A DNA stretch of 64,000 nt, taken from IMG/VR virus record IMGVR_UViG_3300048576_000587; one strand, 5' to 3'. Below, piece after piece: positions 17,604 through 26,555 of the stretch. The notes under the pieces were generated by a model. That model saw only the letters and a list, made by a program, of their open reading frames with translations. It did not search any database and was not told the DNA's origin. The DNA is from an uncultured virus (IMG/VR IMGVR_UViG_3300048576_000587). Lineage: Duplodnaviria > Heunggongvirae > Uroviricota > Caudoviricetes. The position numbers and the translations under genes are program-made. Position 1 is the first letter of the stretch, and the number at the start of each line of letters is the position of its first letter.

Positions 17604-18971
17604 ATGGCGATAGAAATTAATCTACCCGATTTAATTGGCAAAGGGTACGCTTCATTTTGGCATACTAAGAAACGTTATCGAGTTTTAAAAGGAGGGCGTG
17701 GCTCTAAAAAATCATGTAATACTGCTCATTGGTTCATTTATAACATAATGAAACACCCGCTTGCAAATGCGCTTGTCGTACGATTAACTTTTAATACCAA
17801 CAAAGACAGCACATTTGCTCAGTTGAAATGGGCAGCAAGACGGCAACAAGTCTATCATTTGTGGAAATTTACAGTTAATCCCCTTGAAGCTGTCTATCTT
17901 CCCACTGGTCAAAAGATACTTTTCAGGGGATATGATGATCCATTAAAACTGACATCCATTACGGTCGATGTCGGTGTATTATGTTGGGTTTGGATTGAAG
18001 AAGCGTATGAAATTGCCGAGGAAAAAAATTTTGATACTTTAGATGAATCTATCCGGGGAGAAATGCCGGACGGATTGTGGAAACAATTAACCCTTACCTA
18101 TAATCCGTGGGTTAATACTCATTGGACTAAATCTAGATTCTGGGACAAGACAGACCCGGATGCGTTCACTCTCACTACTACATATAAATGCAATGAATGG
18201 TTAGACGATAAGGACAGAAAAAAGATTGAAGATTTACAATATACCAATCCAGACCGATTTAAAGTAGTTGGATTGGGTGATTATGGCCTACCCGGTGGTG
18301 CTTATTTTGCAGCTTGGAGAAGCGATATTCATATCATCAAACCATTTGTTATTCCGGATTATTGGAAGCGGTTCCGCAGCTTAGATTATGGACTAGATAT
18401 GTGTAGTTGTCATGATTGGGCAATTGATGAAAATGGAAATGAATACATAGTCAATGAGGTATATAAGCCGGATTTAGTTGTATCTAAAGCGGCTAAAGAA
18501 ATATTGCGAGTTATGCCTCAAAAAAATAATTATTCTTATACAGTTGCAAGTCCGGATTTATGGAGACGGTCCCCGGATCATGATACTGGAGTTTATCGGG
18601 AAGAACTCTTTCGAAAAGCCGGTCTAATTGGATTAGTCCGGGCCGACAATCGCCGCGTCGATGGATGGGCAACACTGGCAGAACACTTCGAGCCGTACCC
18701 TCATCCGGAAACTGGGAAGATGGTCGCTAAGCTCCGGATATTTGAAACTTGTACCAATGCAATCCGGACCATACCGGCGTTGATTCGGGACGACGTGGAC
18801 CCAAATGACGTGTCTGACAAGTGCGAAGATCATGCGGGGGAAGATATTCGCTACGGTGCTATGAGTCGTCCTCCGATTCCTAAGAAACCGCAAAATAATC
18901 CCGGCCATAATCGCCGTGACTATCATGGTAGAAATCCTAAATCGGTTAAAAGAAAACCAATCGACTATTAA
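17604..18971 (+). CDS. terL: Terminase large subunit (PBSX family)
   Basis: KGGRGSKKS Walker A, WIEEA Walker B, TYNP, C-terminal nuclease with DYG and EDHAGEDIRY. Confidence 0.95.
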   Translation: MAIEINLPDLIGKGYASFWHTKKRYRVLKGGRGSKKSCNTAHWFIYNIMKHPLANALVVRLTFNTNKDSTFAQLKWAARRQQVYHLWKFTVNPLEAVYLPTGQKILFRGYDDPLKLTSITVDVGVLCWVWIEEAYEIAEEKNFDTLDESIRGEMPDGLWKQLTLTYNPWVNTHWTKSRFWDKTDPDAFTLTTTYKCNEWLDDKDRKKIEDLQYTNPDRFKVVGLGDYGLPGGAYFAAWRSDIHIIKPFVIPDYWKRFRSLDYGLDMCSCHDWAIDENGNEYIVNEVYKPDLVVSKAAKEILRVMPQKNNYSYTVASPDLWRRSPDHDTGVYREELFRKAGLIGLVRADNRRVDGWATLAEHFEPYPHPETGKMVAKLRIFETCTNAIRTIPALIRDDVDPNDVSDKCEDHAGEDIRYGAMSRPPIPKKPQNNPGHNRRDYHGRNPKSVKRKPIDY

Positions 18972-18977
18972 TGGAAG

Positions 18978-20906
18978 GTGATCCGCTTGCCTTTAACTCA
19001 AAACGAGACCAAGCAATTAATATTACGAGATCGTGACCTTTGTCAGCGTTACCGGGACGCCCAGGAATTAATGGCAGTTCAAGGCTACAAACAATATCTT
19101 GGGATTCGTCCCCAGCTTCCGGATGGTGATGATCGTTCTAACCTGCATATTCCAGTTACGTATCGTATTATCGATACGCTCCGGGCCAGAGAAGTAAAGG
19201 CGATTTGCGGGACACGCCCGATTGTCGATCCGGTGGTCAAACCCGGACCCAATGCCCGGCTTGAATTGATGCTCCAAAATGAGGAAAAGGCCAAAATCTC
19301 AGCGGCGTTGTTGGACCAACAACTAATTACGAATAAGTTTACCATGATTGTCTATGATTATGTTACATCTAAATTAATCTTCCCTTATACTGTGCTGGGC
19401 GTAGCGTGGAAATATCAAAAGGAAAAACGTAAAAAAAGAGTCCAAGCGGAATATTTGGGAATTAAGTTTCCTTATGTTGTCACAAAAGAAATCGAAGAAG
19501 TCTTATTCGACGATAACGAACTGGTCTATGTTGATATGAATGATTATTGGTATGACCCGTGGGGAGGTGCCCAAGACATCGGGAAACACCAGTACGGAAT
19601 TCACCGGGAATGGAAGTCTCGGGACGATATTGAACAAGAATTAGAATTCTACAAAAAACAAGGTGCCGGAAAAGTGTATATGCCGACACAAGAAAACTGG
19701 AAAGCCATGTCCGAAATCAATATTGATGATAACCGGTTTGAACGGTTTTCAGAAACTGAAATGGAACAGCCCAGTAATGAAGGAATTGATTCTGGTGATC
19801 GGCCCGGGACTAACACCCGAAATCGTCGCTTTGCTGTTTATAAATACTGGACCCGGAATGAACTAAAAATTATCATCAATGATTCATTTGTTCCGTTTAT
19901 TGGGGATAATCCATTTTGGCGTCACAAACAGATCCCATTTGTGATGCAATCGTTCGAACCGCTTCCCGGAGAGGTAGGTGGCCGGTCAGGAGCGTACTTT
20001 ATCCAGTATCTTCAGAAGGAGGTAAATGCCCAGCGTAATCAGCGTATTGATAACGTGGCGTTGATTACTAATTGCATGTGGAAACGCCGCCGAGGAGCAA
20101 CAATTGAGGATAATCAATTGATTAGTCGCGCTGGCGGAGTTGTGGACGTTGACAACATGGATGATTTGGATGCAATTATTTTCAATGATATGACAAGTTC
20201 CTCCGTCCGTGAAGATCAGATTGCAATCAAAGAGGCCGAAGACACCTTGGGGAGCCCGGCAGCATTTCAAGGATTGGATATTAAAGGAGATCCCACGGCC
20301 ACCCAAATTTCAAGTCAAAATTCCAATGCGTCAATCCGGATTGATGTTAAAATGATTCTTTCCGCCGAGCCTTGGGAGAGGGTGTTTGGTCTCATGGATA
20401 TGAATAACCAGCAACTTATAACTCAAAAACGTGTTATCGAGATGTTTGGCCAGGAGGGAGCCGATCGGTGGCGTGAAATTGGTCCACTAGACATTATCGG
20501 ATTTGAACGGGATTATACTCTGGCTGGAGCCCGGATTGATCCGGCAGCGAACAAAGAAATTCGGCGGCAACAACTTTGGATTGCTATTGTCGACGGAAAA
20601 AAAGCCGGGCTGAATCTGGATTATGAAGCTCTTACTCTTGAATGGCTTAAAACGATGGACTTTTCTAACCCGTCCAAGTTTAAATTAACCGAAGAAAAAA
20701 TTCGGGAACTTGCCCAGCAACAGGCTCAGCAACAAACGGTAGCGGTTCAAGAACAACAACAGGTCCAAATAGCACAACAACAGGCTAAACAACAAGCTGA
20801 AATGCAGAGTAAGATGGTCGAGTTTGTTATGCGGTTAGTAGAAAAGTTAGTCGATACCAGGCCAGATTTAATCGAGCAATTAATGGGAGGTAGTGAAAGT
20901 GGATAA
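18978..20906 (+). CDS. Portal protein (P22-like/podoviral type)
   Basis: 642 aa after terL; LQKEVNAQRNQRIDN..L, TAT motif and Gln-rich C-terminal barrel helix. Confidence 0.85.
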   Translation: MIRLPLTQNETKQLILRDRDLCQRYRDAQELMAVQGYKQYLGIRPQLPDGDDRSNLHIPVTYRIIDTLRAREVKAICGTRPIVDPVVKPGPNARLELMLQNEEKAKISAALLDQQLITNKFTMIVYDYVTSKLIFPYTVLGVAWKYQKEKRKKRVQAEYLGIKFPYVVTKEIEEVLFDDNELVYVDMNDYWYDPWGGAQDIGKHQYGIHREWKSRDDIEQELEFYKKQGAGKVYMPTQENWKAMSEINIDDNRFERFSETEMEQPSNEGIDSGDRPGTNTRNRRFAVYKYWTRNELKIIINDSFVPFIGDNPFWRHKQIPFVMQSFEPLPGEVGGRSGAYFIQYLQKEVNAQRNQRIDNVALITNCMWKRRRGATIEDNQLISRAGGVVDVDNMDDLDAIIFNDMTSSSVREDQIAIKEAEDTLGSPAAFQGLDIKGDPTATQISSQNSNASIRIDVKMILSAEPWERVFGLMDMNNQQLITQKRVIEMFGQEGADRWREIGPLDIIGFERDYTLAGARIDPAANKEIRRQQLWIAIVDGKKAGLNLDYEALTLEWLKTMDFSNPSKFKLTEEKIRELAQQQAQQQTVAVQEQQQVQIAQQQAKQQAEMQSKMVEFVMRLVEKLVDTRPDLIEQLMGGSESG

Positions 20907-21297
20907 CAAGGCAAAGGTAATCCTTACTCTGGAGGAACTTAATAAATTGACCTTGGATTGGAAAAAACTCTTGGGAATTAGCGATTGGGAAACAAATGTT
21001 ATATTGAGCCGTGAAAACAAAATGCCAGTAAAAGGGGCAGCTTGTTGTCAATATTGCTTCGACAGGAAAACGGCCGATGTTTATATCCTTGATTCAATCG
21101 ATTACGAAGATTTTCCAAAATGGCCCCAAGACATGGAACAATCTTTAGTGCACGAATTGTTACATCTAAGATTTGCACCTTGGGATAAAAAATGTAAGAA
21201 AGGTTTAGAACTGTCTTGGATGGAACAAACGGTAGACGCACTTGCAAAAGCTTTCGTTATTGTCAAGCGCCAAGGAGGTGAATCCCCATTGACTTAA
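20893..21297 (+). CDS. HExxH zincin-like hypothetical protein
   Basis: EQSLVHELLH with a downstream E. Confidence 0.65.
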   Translation: MKVDNKAKVILTLEELNKLTLDWKKLLGISDWETNVILSRENKMPVKGAACCQYCFDRKTADVYILDSIDYEDFPKWPQDMEQSLVHELLHLRFAPWDKKCKKGLELSWMEQTVDALAKAFVIVKRQGGESPLT

Positions 21298-21515
21298 CTC
21301 CTTCTCAAAAAACAGCCATGAAAGAACTCTCAGAAAGCCCGTTATATCGGATATTAAAAGAATTAATTGACCAAGAAAAGATTGCACCAATTGACCGTAA
21401 TTTGACCACCAAACCGGCTACAGACCTTTTAGAAGTTCGCTCCCTTCAGGGTGAACGAAAAGGACTGAAGTCGGTTTTTGAATTTGTGGAAAACGTAGCA
21501 AAAATAAAACCGTAA
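21288..21515 (+). CDS. Small post-portal protein (probable ATT start; first ATG at 21318)
   Basis: RSLQGERKGL motif typical of small genes following podoviral portals; GGAGGTG RBS 7 nt before ATT 21288. Confidence 0.6.
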   Translation: MDLTPSQKTAMKELSESPLYRILKELIDQEKIAPIDRNLTTKPATDLLEVRSLQGERKGLKSVFEFVENVAKIKP

Positions 21516-21532
21516 AAGGAGTAAAAGTAATT

Positions 21533-21814
21533 ATGAATCAAATGGGAAATGTACCACCATCAGCAATGAACAAAGTTGTAGCAGTAGAACCTAGCATGCG
21601 AGATATTGCCGATAGAGTTCTTTGTACTTTACATTCGGCATTGAGTGCCGCCGACTCCATCGACAATAAATTGTTTGCTCCAAGGCCAGTAAATTGCGGA
21701 CAGACTCAATCAGACATCGAAAGTGGTGTGGACATGGAAACCATATTAAACCGGTTAATGTCTGCCTCTTCAAAGCTGGAATCCGTTTTAGTTAACATTA
21801 GCGATAAACTTTAA
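21533..21814 (+). CDS. Hypothetical protein
   Basis: GGGAG RBS, co-oriented. Confidence 0.55.
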   Translation: MNQMGNVPPSAMNKVVAVEPSMRDIADRVLCTLHSALSAADSIDNKLFAPRPVNCGQTQSDIESGVDMETILNRLMSASSKLESVLVNISDKL

Positions 21815-21851
21815 TCGCTAAAAAATAAAACCTTGAAAGGATTGATTTATT

Positions 21852-22931
21852 ATGGGTATGTTTGACAACGAGGGAATTGGTTTAACGCTGGACTCGACCC
21901 CGGAGGAAAGCCCCGTCACCGAGACGGCCACGCCGACCACAGATGGCCACGTCGAAAAGAAAGCGCCCGAAACCCAGGCCCCGGTAACTTCCGCCGAAGT
22001 TAAAACGGAAGTGCCGGCCACGCAGACCGAAGTCAAAATCGATACAACAACTCAAGAAAAATTGCTTGCGAACCGCTTCAAAACTGAGGGAGAACTTATT
22101 CACGGCATTATGGAAGCGGCTGAACTTACAGGCACTCCGATTGACTGGAAAACTTTAAATAATACCGAGGACCGGGAAGGATTTTATAATGGTCTTCGCC
22201 AAAAAATCGGCCGGGGTGAAATCAGGAATGTCGCTCCTTCCACTCCACAAACGATTCAAACGCAGGTTCAGACCCAACAAGCAACTTTAGATCAAGAACT
22301 ACAAAAAATCATTCAAACCAGCAATCAAGTGTTACAGGAAACCGCCGAGCCGGAAGAAGACTTCACCGAATTTGCGGAACGTTTTGAAATTGACCCAGTT
22401 GAAGCATTAAGAGAACGGGACGCCAAACGAGAGGCCAGGCTAACCAAACAGTTTGAGGCCCGGCTGAATTTAGAAGCGGTGAAACTTACTCAATTGCTCC
22501 AACAATCCGGAGTGCTTAACATGGCCCAGCATAACCAAGACCAAACGGCCTGGAATGATGCCAAATTAAAAGTAGAAAATATCATTTCTCAGCATGGTGA
22601 CAATGATTTAGAAGAATATGCAAATGATATTTTCGAACATATCAAAGCTAATCCACAAATGCTTGACCTGGTTTATAAAATGCCGGGTGAAAAAGGACTG
22701 CGTGAACAGGTCATTTTGGACGCATATGGTAAAGTCAAATTGCAAAAACAGCTTGGCAAACTGGCAAAGGTGACTTCCGAGCAAGATACTGCTACAATCG
22801 AGGCCAGTAAAACCGGGTTAAGCATCCAGACCGGTGTCGGTGGTAATAAGCTAGAACCGAAATCCGGAGACGAACAATTAATTGATAATATCTTCGGTGG
22901 CGGTGGAGCGAGGAAAGGTATGTTTGGATAA
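21852..22931 (+). CDS. Capsid scaffolding protein
   Basis: Acidic disordered N-terminus and helical body, immediately upstream of the capsid gene. Confidence 0.7.
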   Translation: MGMFDNEGIGLTLDSTPEESPVTETATPTTDGHVEKKAPETQAPVTSAEVKTEVPATQTEVKIDTTTQEKLLANRFKTEGELIHGIMEAAELTGTPIDWKTLNNTEDREGFYNGLRQKIGRGEIRNVAPSTPQTIQTQVQTQQATLDQELQKIIQTSNQVLQETAEPEEDFTEFAERFEIDPVEALRERDAKREARLTKQFEARLNLEAVKLTQLLQQSGVLNMAQHNQDQTAWNDAKLKVENIISQHGDNDLEEYANDIFEHIKANPQMLDLVYKMPGEKGLREQVILDAYGKVKLQKQLGKLAKVTSEQDTATIEASKTGLSIQTGVGGNKLEPKSGDEQLIDNIFGGGGARKGMFG

Positions 22932-22990
22932 GCGCCAAGGGAAACACCTCTGGCGTTTAAAATTTACTGAAAGGGTAGAGGTGTTTTAAA

Positions 22991-24211
22991 ATGAATAAAT
23001 GGTTAAAGCTTTTTCGGACGGCCTTTTTAGGGCCGTTTTGTCTTATGATGTCGGCGGCTGCTGGTCCGGTCTATTCGGACGCTATTGACACCACCAGGAA
23101 AGAGTTAGATGTTACGGCCAAGATTGCCCGGCTTGCTCCGGAGTCCAGTATTTTCACCACAATTTTGCTGGAGATTTCGAAAGAAACGACCAGTCAGGAT
23201 ACTATTAATTGGTATGAGCAAGACCCTACTGTGGTGTGGACTCCGAGCCGCGGCGGTAATAATAGTTCTGTTACTACCTGGCCGGTTGACGATGCCAGTA
23301 TTTTCACCGCCAAAGATATTATTGCGGTAGTTAGTTTAGCGGGACTGGTATTGGAAACAGCGGTAGTTACAGCCGTTGATTTGACCGAAAATACCAATAC
23401 CGTCACAGTAGCCGCTAGGGCATGGACCGGTACCGCTCAAACAATTGCCGATAATCAATATCTGTGTAATCTCGGTCCGGCCATGGAGGAAAATTCCACG
23501 GCTCCCGGTACCAGAGTTCACCAGCCGACTTTGGTGAGCAACTACGTTCAAGAATTACGGCTTCCTTTTGATGCTTCTCTGCTTGCCAACCAGGCACTCC
23601 GGAGCAGCGAGACTGAACGTCAACGGTTGACTACGGACAAAGGTATTGAGTTTAAACGGATGATTGAGCGGACTTGTATCGCAGGTAAGAAAAAGAACGA
23701 TACTGCTAACCGTAAAAAGGCCATGGGTGGAATTTTGGAGATGGTCACCGAGAACTACTGGGCCGCTGGGGGAATTGTAACCGAAAAAGCGTTCATTGAC
23801 AATTTCTGTGAACCGCTTTTCGCTTATGACAAGGAAAACGCTTTGTTTGTATGCGGCCCGAAATGGCCCAGCATTATGGCCGGTTGGAGCATTGGTAAAC
23901 TGCAGACTACTTCCAAAGAGGAAACTTATGGTATGCAATTGCAGTATTATCAATCCCCTCATGGTAAACTGGTCCTTGCTCCCAGTCTTGAATTGGCCGG
24001 TGGTTCATGGACCGGGATGGGGATCGGATTGCATATGAAACGATTACGGCTCAAATTCTTCAAAGATGGTTCTAAAACGTACAATATCAAGTTGGACCGC
24101 AATATCCAAGAGAATGACCGGCATGGGTGGAAAGATGAGTACTGGGCAATGCCGACCCTTGAACTTCAAAATCAAAAAACCCATGCCGTCGTCACCGGCG
24201 CGACCGGCTAA
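22991..24211 (+). CDS. Major capsid protein (SU10/DUF5309-like)
   Basis: 406 aa; NYVQ, EFKRMIER..I.G, MGGI, YG...Y.SPHG, E..TLE..N.K.HA pattern; terminator follows. Confidence 0.85.
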   Translation: MNKWLKLFRTAFLGPFCLMMSAAAGPVYSDAIDTTRKELDVTAKIARLAPESSIFTTILLEISKETTSQDTINWYEQDPTVVWTPSRGGNNSSVTTWPVDDASIFTAKDIIAVVSLAGLVLETAVVTAVDLTENTNTVTVAARAWTGTAQTIADNQYLCNLGPAMEENSTAPGTRVHQPTLVSNYVQELRLPFDASLLANQALRSSETERQRLTTDKGIEFKRMIERTCIAGKKKNDTANRKKAMGGILEMVTENYWAAGGIVTEKAFIDNFCEPLFAYDKENALFVCGPKWPSIMAGWSIGKLQTTSKEETYGMQLQYYQSPHGKLVLAPSLELAGGSWTGMGIGLHMKRLRLKFFKDGSKTYNIKLDRNIQENDRHGWKDEYWAMPTLELQNQKTHAVVTGATG

Positions 24212-24245
24212 ACAATAATTAAAGTACAAATTCAAACAAAATGAA

Positions 24246-24278
24246 AGGGCGGTTGATTACAATCGTCCCTTCTTTTTT
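24246..24278 (+). terminator. Terminator after the capsid gene
   Basis: AAGGGCGGTTG/CAATCGTCCCTT plus T tract. Confidence 0.6.
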
Positions 24279-24293
24279 AGAAAGGATTTTATT

Positions 24294-24752
24294 ATGAGCA
24301 AAACAATAATGAAAGCGGTTTTTGTCAGCCTGCATCACCCGGGAGGTCGGTTCACAATCGGAGATACTACCATCAAATTCACCAAACAGGGGTTTCGTGG
24401 CGTATTTGAAACAACTGACCCAAAGCTGACTAAGAAAATACTGGCTAGTCAGTATATCGATTCGGAAATCAAACTGGAGAAGATGATTCCGATCGGCGAT
24501 GAAAAGCCCAAGCAAATTACTAAAGCCCGTTTTCAATGCCTTCCGGAGGCACTTGACGAAAACGAGGAAATTCCGGTTAAAAAGTTTGGCAAAATAAAGT
24601 TCGACCAAGGTTTCTTTGAAACTGACAATCCGGACTTGATTAAGGCTATTCAAAAACTCCCCAACTTTGGAAAAGAGTTAGGAACATTATCTGATCCGGA
24701 TGATTCAGATTCAATGGTAATGGTCGCTATGATTTCATTCGAGCAATCATAA
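24294..24752 (+). CDS. Hypothetical virion-associated protein with an internal duplication
   Basis: Two IKF..G.FET.(D/N)P.L repeats. Confidence 0.65.
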   Translation: MSKTIMKAVFVSLHHPGGRFTIGDTTIKFTKQGFRGVFETTDPKLTKKILASQYIDSEIKLEKMIPIGDEKPKQITKARFQCLPEALDENEEIPVKKFGKIKFDQGFFETDNPDLIKAIQKLPNFGKELGTLSDPDDSDSMVMVAMISFEQS

Positions 24753-24780
24753 CGGGGCAGTATTATTTTAATGAAAAGAG

Positions 24781-25113
24781 GTGTTTGTGATGGGAGTGAC
24801 AAAAGACCATAGCGACGGCGCAAACGGTCAGATTCGCGGTGGCGGTATGGATACAAAAAAAATCATTTCCGGAGAATATACATTTTCTAATTCGTATGCA
24901 ACGGGCGGGGAAGATTTGGGAATAGCCGCTGATTTTAAACGAGTTCAACGAGTTGTTTTTGGAACTTTCCCAGTTACCGCCACAGTGGCTGCCGTCAAAT
25001 TCGACCCGGATACCGGTAATATTTTGGCTTACGTTGCAGCCGGTACGGAGGTGGCGGCGGGAACAAACTTAAGCACGGTAACGGTTGATTTCATAGCCAT
25101 TGGATTGGCGTAA
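24781..25113 (+). CDS. Putative head decoration/structural protein
   Basis: SYATGGEDL...EVAAGTNLSTVTV beta-rich; head-module position. Confidence 0.6.
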   Translation: MFVMGVTKDHSDGANGQIRGGGMDTKKIISGEYTFSNSYATGGEDLGIAADFKRVQRVVFGTFPVTATVAAVKFDPDTGNILAYVAAGTEVAAGTNLSTVTVDFIAIGLA

Positions 25114-25122
25114 GGAGGACCT

Positions 25123-25443
25123 ATGAATGATTTTTCAAGGGCTTGGATTGTAAAAGATTCCAAAGATAACGCCGCGGCTACCGCATTAAAAGCCGCTTCC
25201 ACTGGTAATATTTATTGCCTGGATATGGTCGCGGCCAGCTTTAAAACCAATCCATCGACACCGGTTCTTCTTCAAGTGAAGGATGGCGATACTGTAATTT
25301 TTAGTTATTATGTTCGTAACGATGTAAGTATTCCACTATATGGCGTAATGTGTACGTTGGGGAATGCGGTAAGCGCTATTTTGGCGGCTAGCGGAGCTGG
25401 GGGGAATTATGGTGAAGTCGCCTTGGTTGGGCATATAAAATAA
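25123..25443 (+). CDS. Putative structural protein
   Basis: AGGAGG RBS; small beta-rich protein. Confidence 0.6.
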   Translation: MNDFSRAWIVKDSKDNAAATALKAASTGNIYCLDMVAASFKTNPSTPVLLQVKDGDTVIFSYYVRNDVSIPLYGVMCTLGNAVSAILAASGAGGNYGEVALVGHIK

Positions 25444-25460
25444 GACGGAGGTAATTTGAT

Positions 25461-25925
25461 TTGGCAAAGTATTTAGGAGTTAAGGTTGTTGAGGCTGAAC
25501 CCGGACCAAATCCAAAAGATAATTATGGTCATCCAGCGGGTGAAATGGGATATACGGTTAAATATCCCGATGGGTATGTAAGTTAGTCACCAAAGGAAGT
25601 TTTTATTGAAGCTTATCGGCCAATTACCGGATTAACTTTCGGCCTGGCCGTCGAAGCTTTGAAAAAAGGTCACAAGATTGCCCGGGCCGGGTGGAATGGA
25701 AAAGGAATGTGGATCGTTTTAATGCCAGGGTTAAAACTTCCACCGTTTTCGTCTCAGGAACCCGGCGCAAAAGTAAACGACCGGACCGCCAAACATATCG
25801 GGAAAGATACCCCGTTGGACAGTCAACCATATATTGCAATGTGGACCGCTAGCCAACAATGGCAACCAGGATGGTTGGCAAGTCAAGCGGATATGTTAGC
25901 CGAAGACTGGATAATCATCGAATAA
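25461..25925 (+). pseudogene. DUF2829 (Tad2-family) two-domain gene interrupted by an in-frame TAG
   Basis: TTG 25461 with GGAGG RBS reads MAKYLGVKVVEAEP...YPDGYVS*SPKEVFIEAY...LTFGLAVEALKKGHKIARAGWNGKGM...GWLASQADMLAEDW; TAG at 25584-25586. Confidence 0.8.
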
Positions 25926-25957
25926 TTCACTTAAAATAACAATCATAATATTCACCC

Positions 25958-25983
25958 AGGGCGGCGCAAGTCGCCCTTTTTTA
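25958..25983 (+). terminator. Intrinsic terminator
   Basis: AGGGCGGC-GCAA-GTCGCCCT plus T tract. Confidence 0.8.
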
Positions 25984-26009
25984 TTCCTTTTTGAAAGGGG
26001 CTGATTGAT

Positions 26010-26555
26010 TTGCCTATCACCGTGCAAGATATTAAAACTTTGGCCGAAAATTTTACCGGCACAACCGTGACGATTACCAATGATAAAGCGGTGTCGGCCA
26101 TGAAAATTGCCTTATCATTAATCGCTGATAAAAGTGGTTATGAGTATGAAATAGTTTCCGCCGCTTATACCGGATTAACCTGGCATAGCAACGTTCTCCC
26201 CGAAAACAATCTGGGCGTGACGGAAGTTAATATCGACGACAAAAACAATACGATTTATTCCCAGTGGCGTCGTCGTGGGCGGGATATGTGGTTTGTCCAT
26301 AGTGATAATTATGTCATTCATTATAAAGCGCTTCCGAGTATGCCAATAGCGCTTACATCTGAATTAGAAGTGCATCCAATATATATTGATGCGCTTTGGG
26401 AGTTTATGATTAGTTATAGCCGTCTTTCAAAATGGGAAGGAAAAGACGAATTTGGAAGCGCGTTAGTAACTGATTTTCGAAATTTAATCGATGTGAAATG
26501 GCGTTCTATTAATAAGGGTAAAAGCGGCTCCGCTCAATGGAAGGTGATTAGATAA
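26010..26555 (+). CDS. Head-tail adaptor (podoviral tail tubular A-like)
   Basis: Size, position and a helix/beta/helix pattern with IHY..LP. Confidence 0.6.
   Translation: MPITVQDIKTLAENFTGTTVTITNDKAVSAMKIALSLIADKSGYEYEIVSAAYTGLTWHSNVLPENNLGVTEVNIDDKNNTIYSQWRRRGRDMWFVHSDNYVIHYKALPSMPIALTSELEVHPIYIDALWEFMISYSRLSKWEGKDEFGSALVTDFRNLIDVKWRSINKGKSGSAQWKVIR

Noticed and set aside
4484..25586. Genome-wide stop-codon reassignment
   Set aside because: The two internal stops are different codons (TAA, TAG), and many intact genes end in TAG or TAA (e.g. 10653, 11562, 55912)
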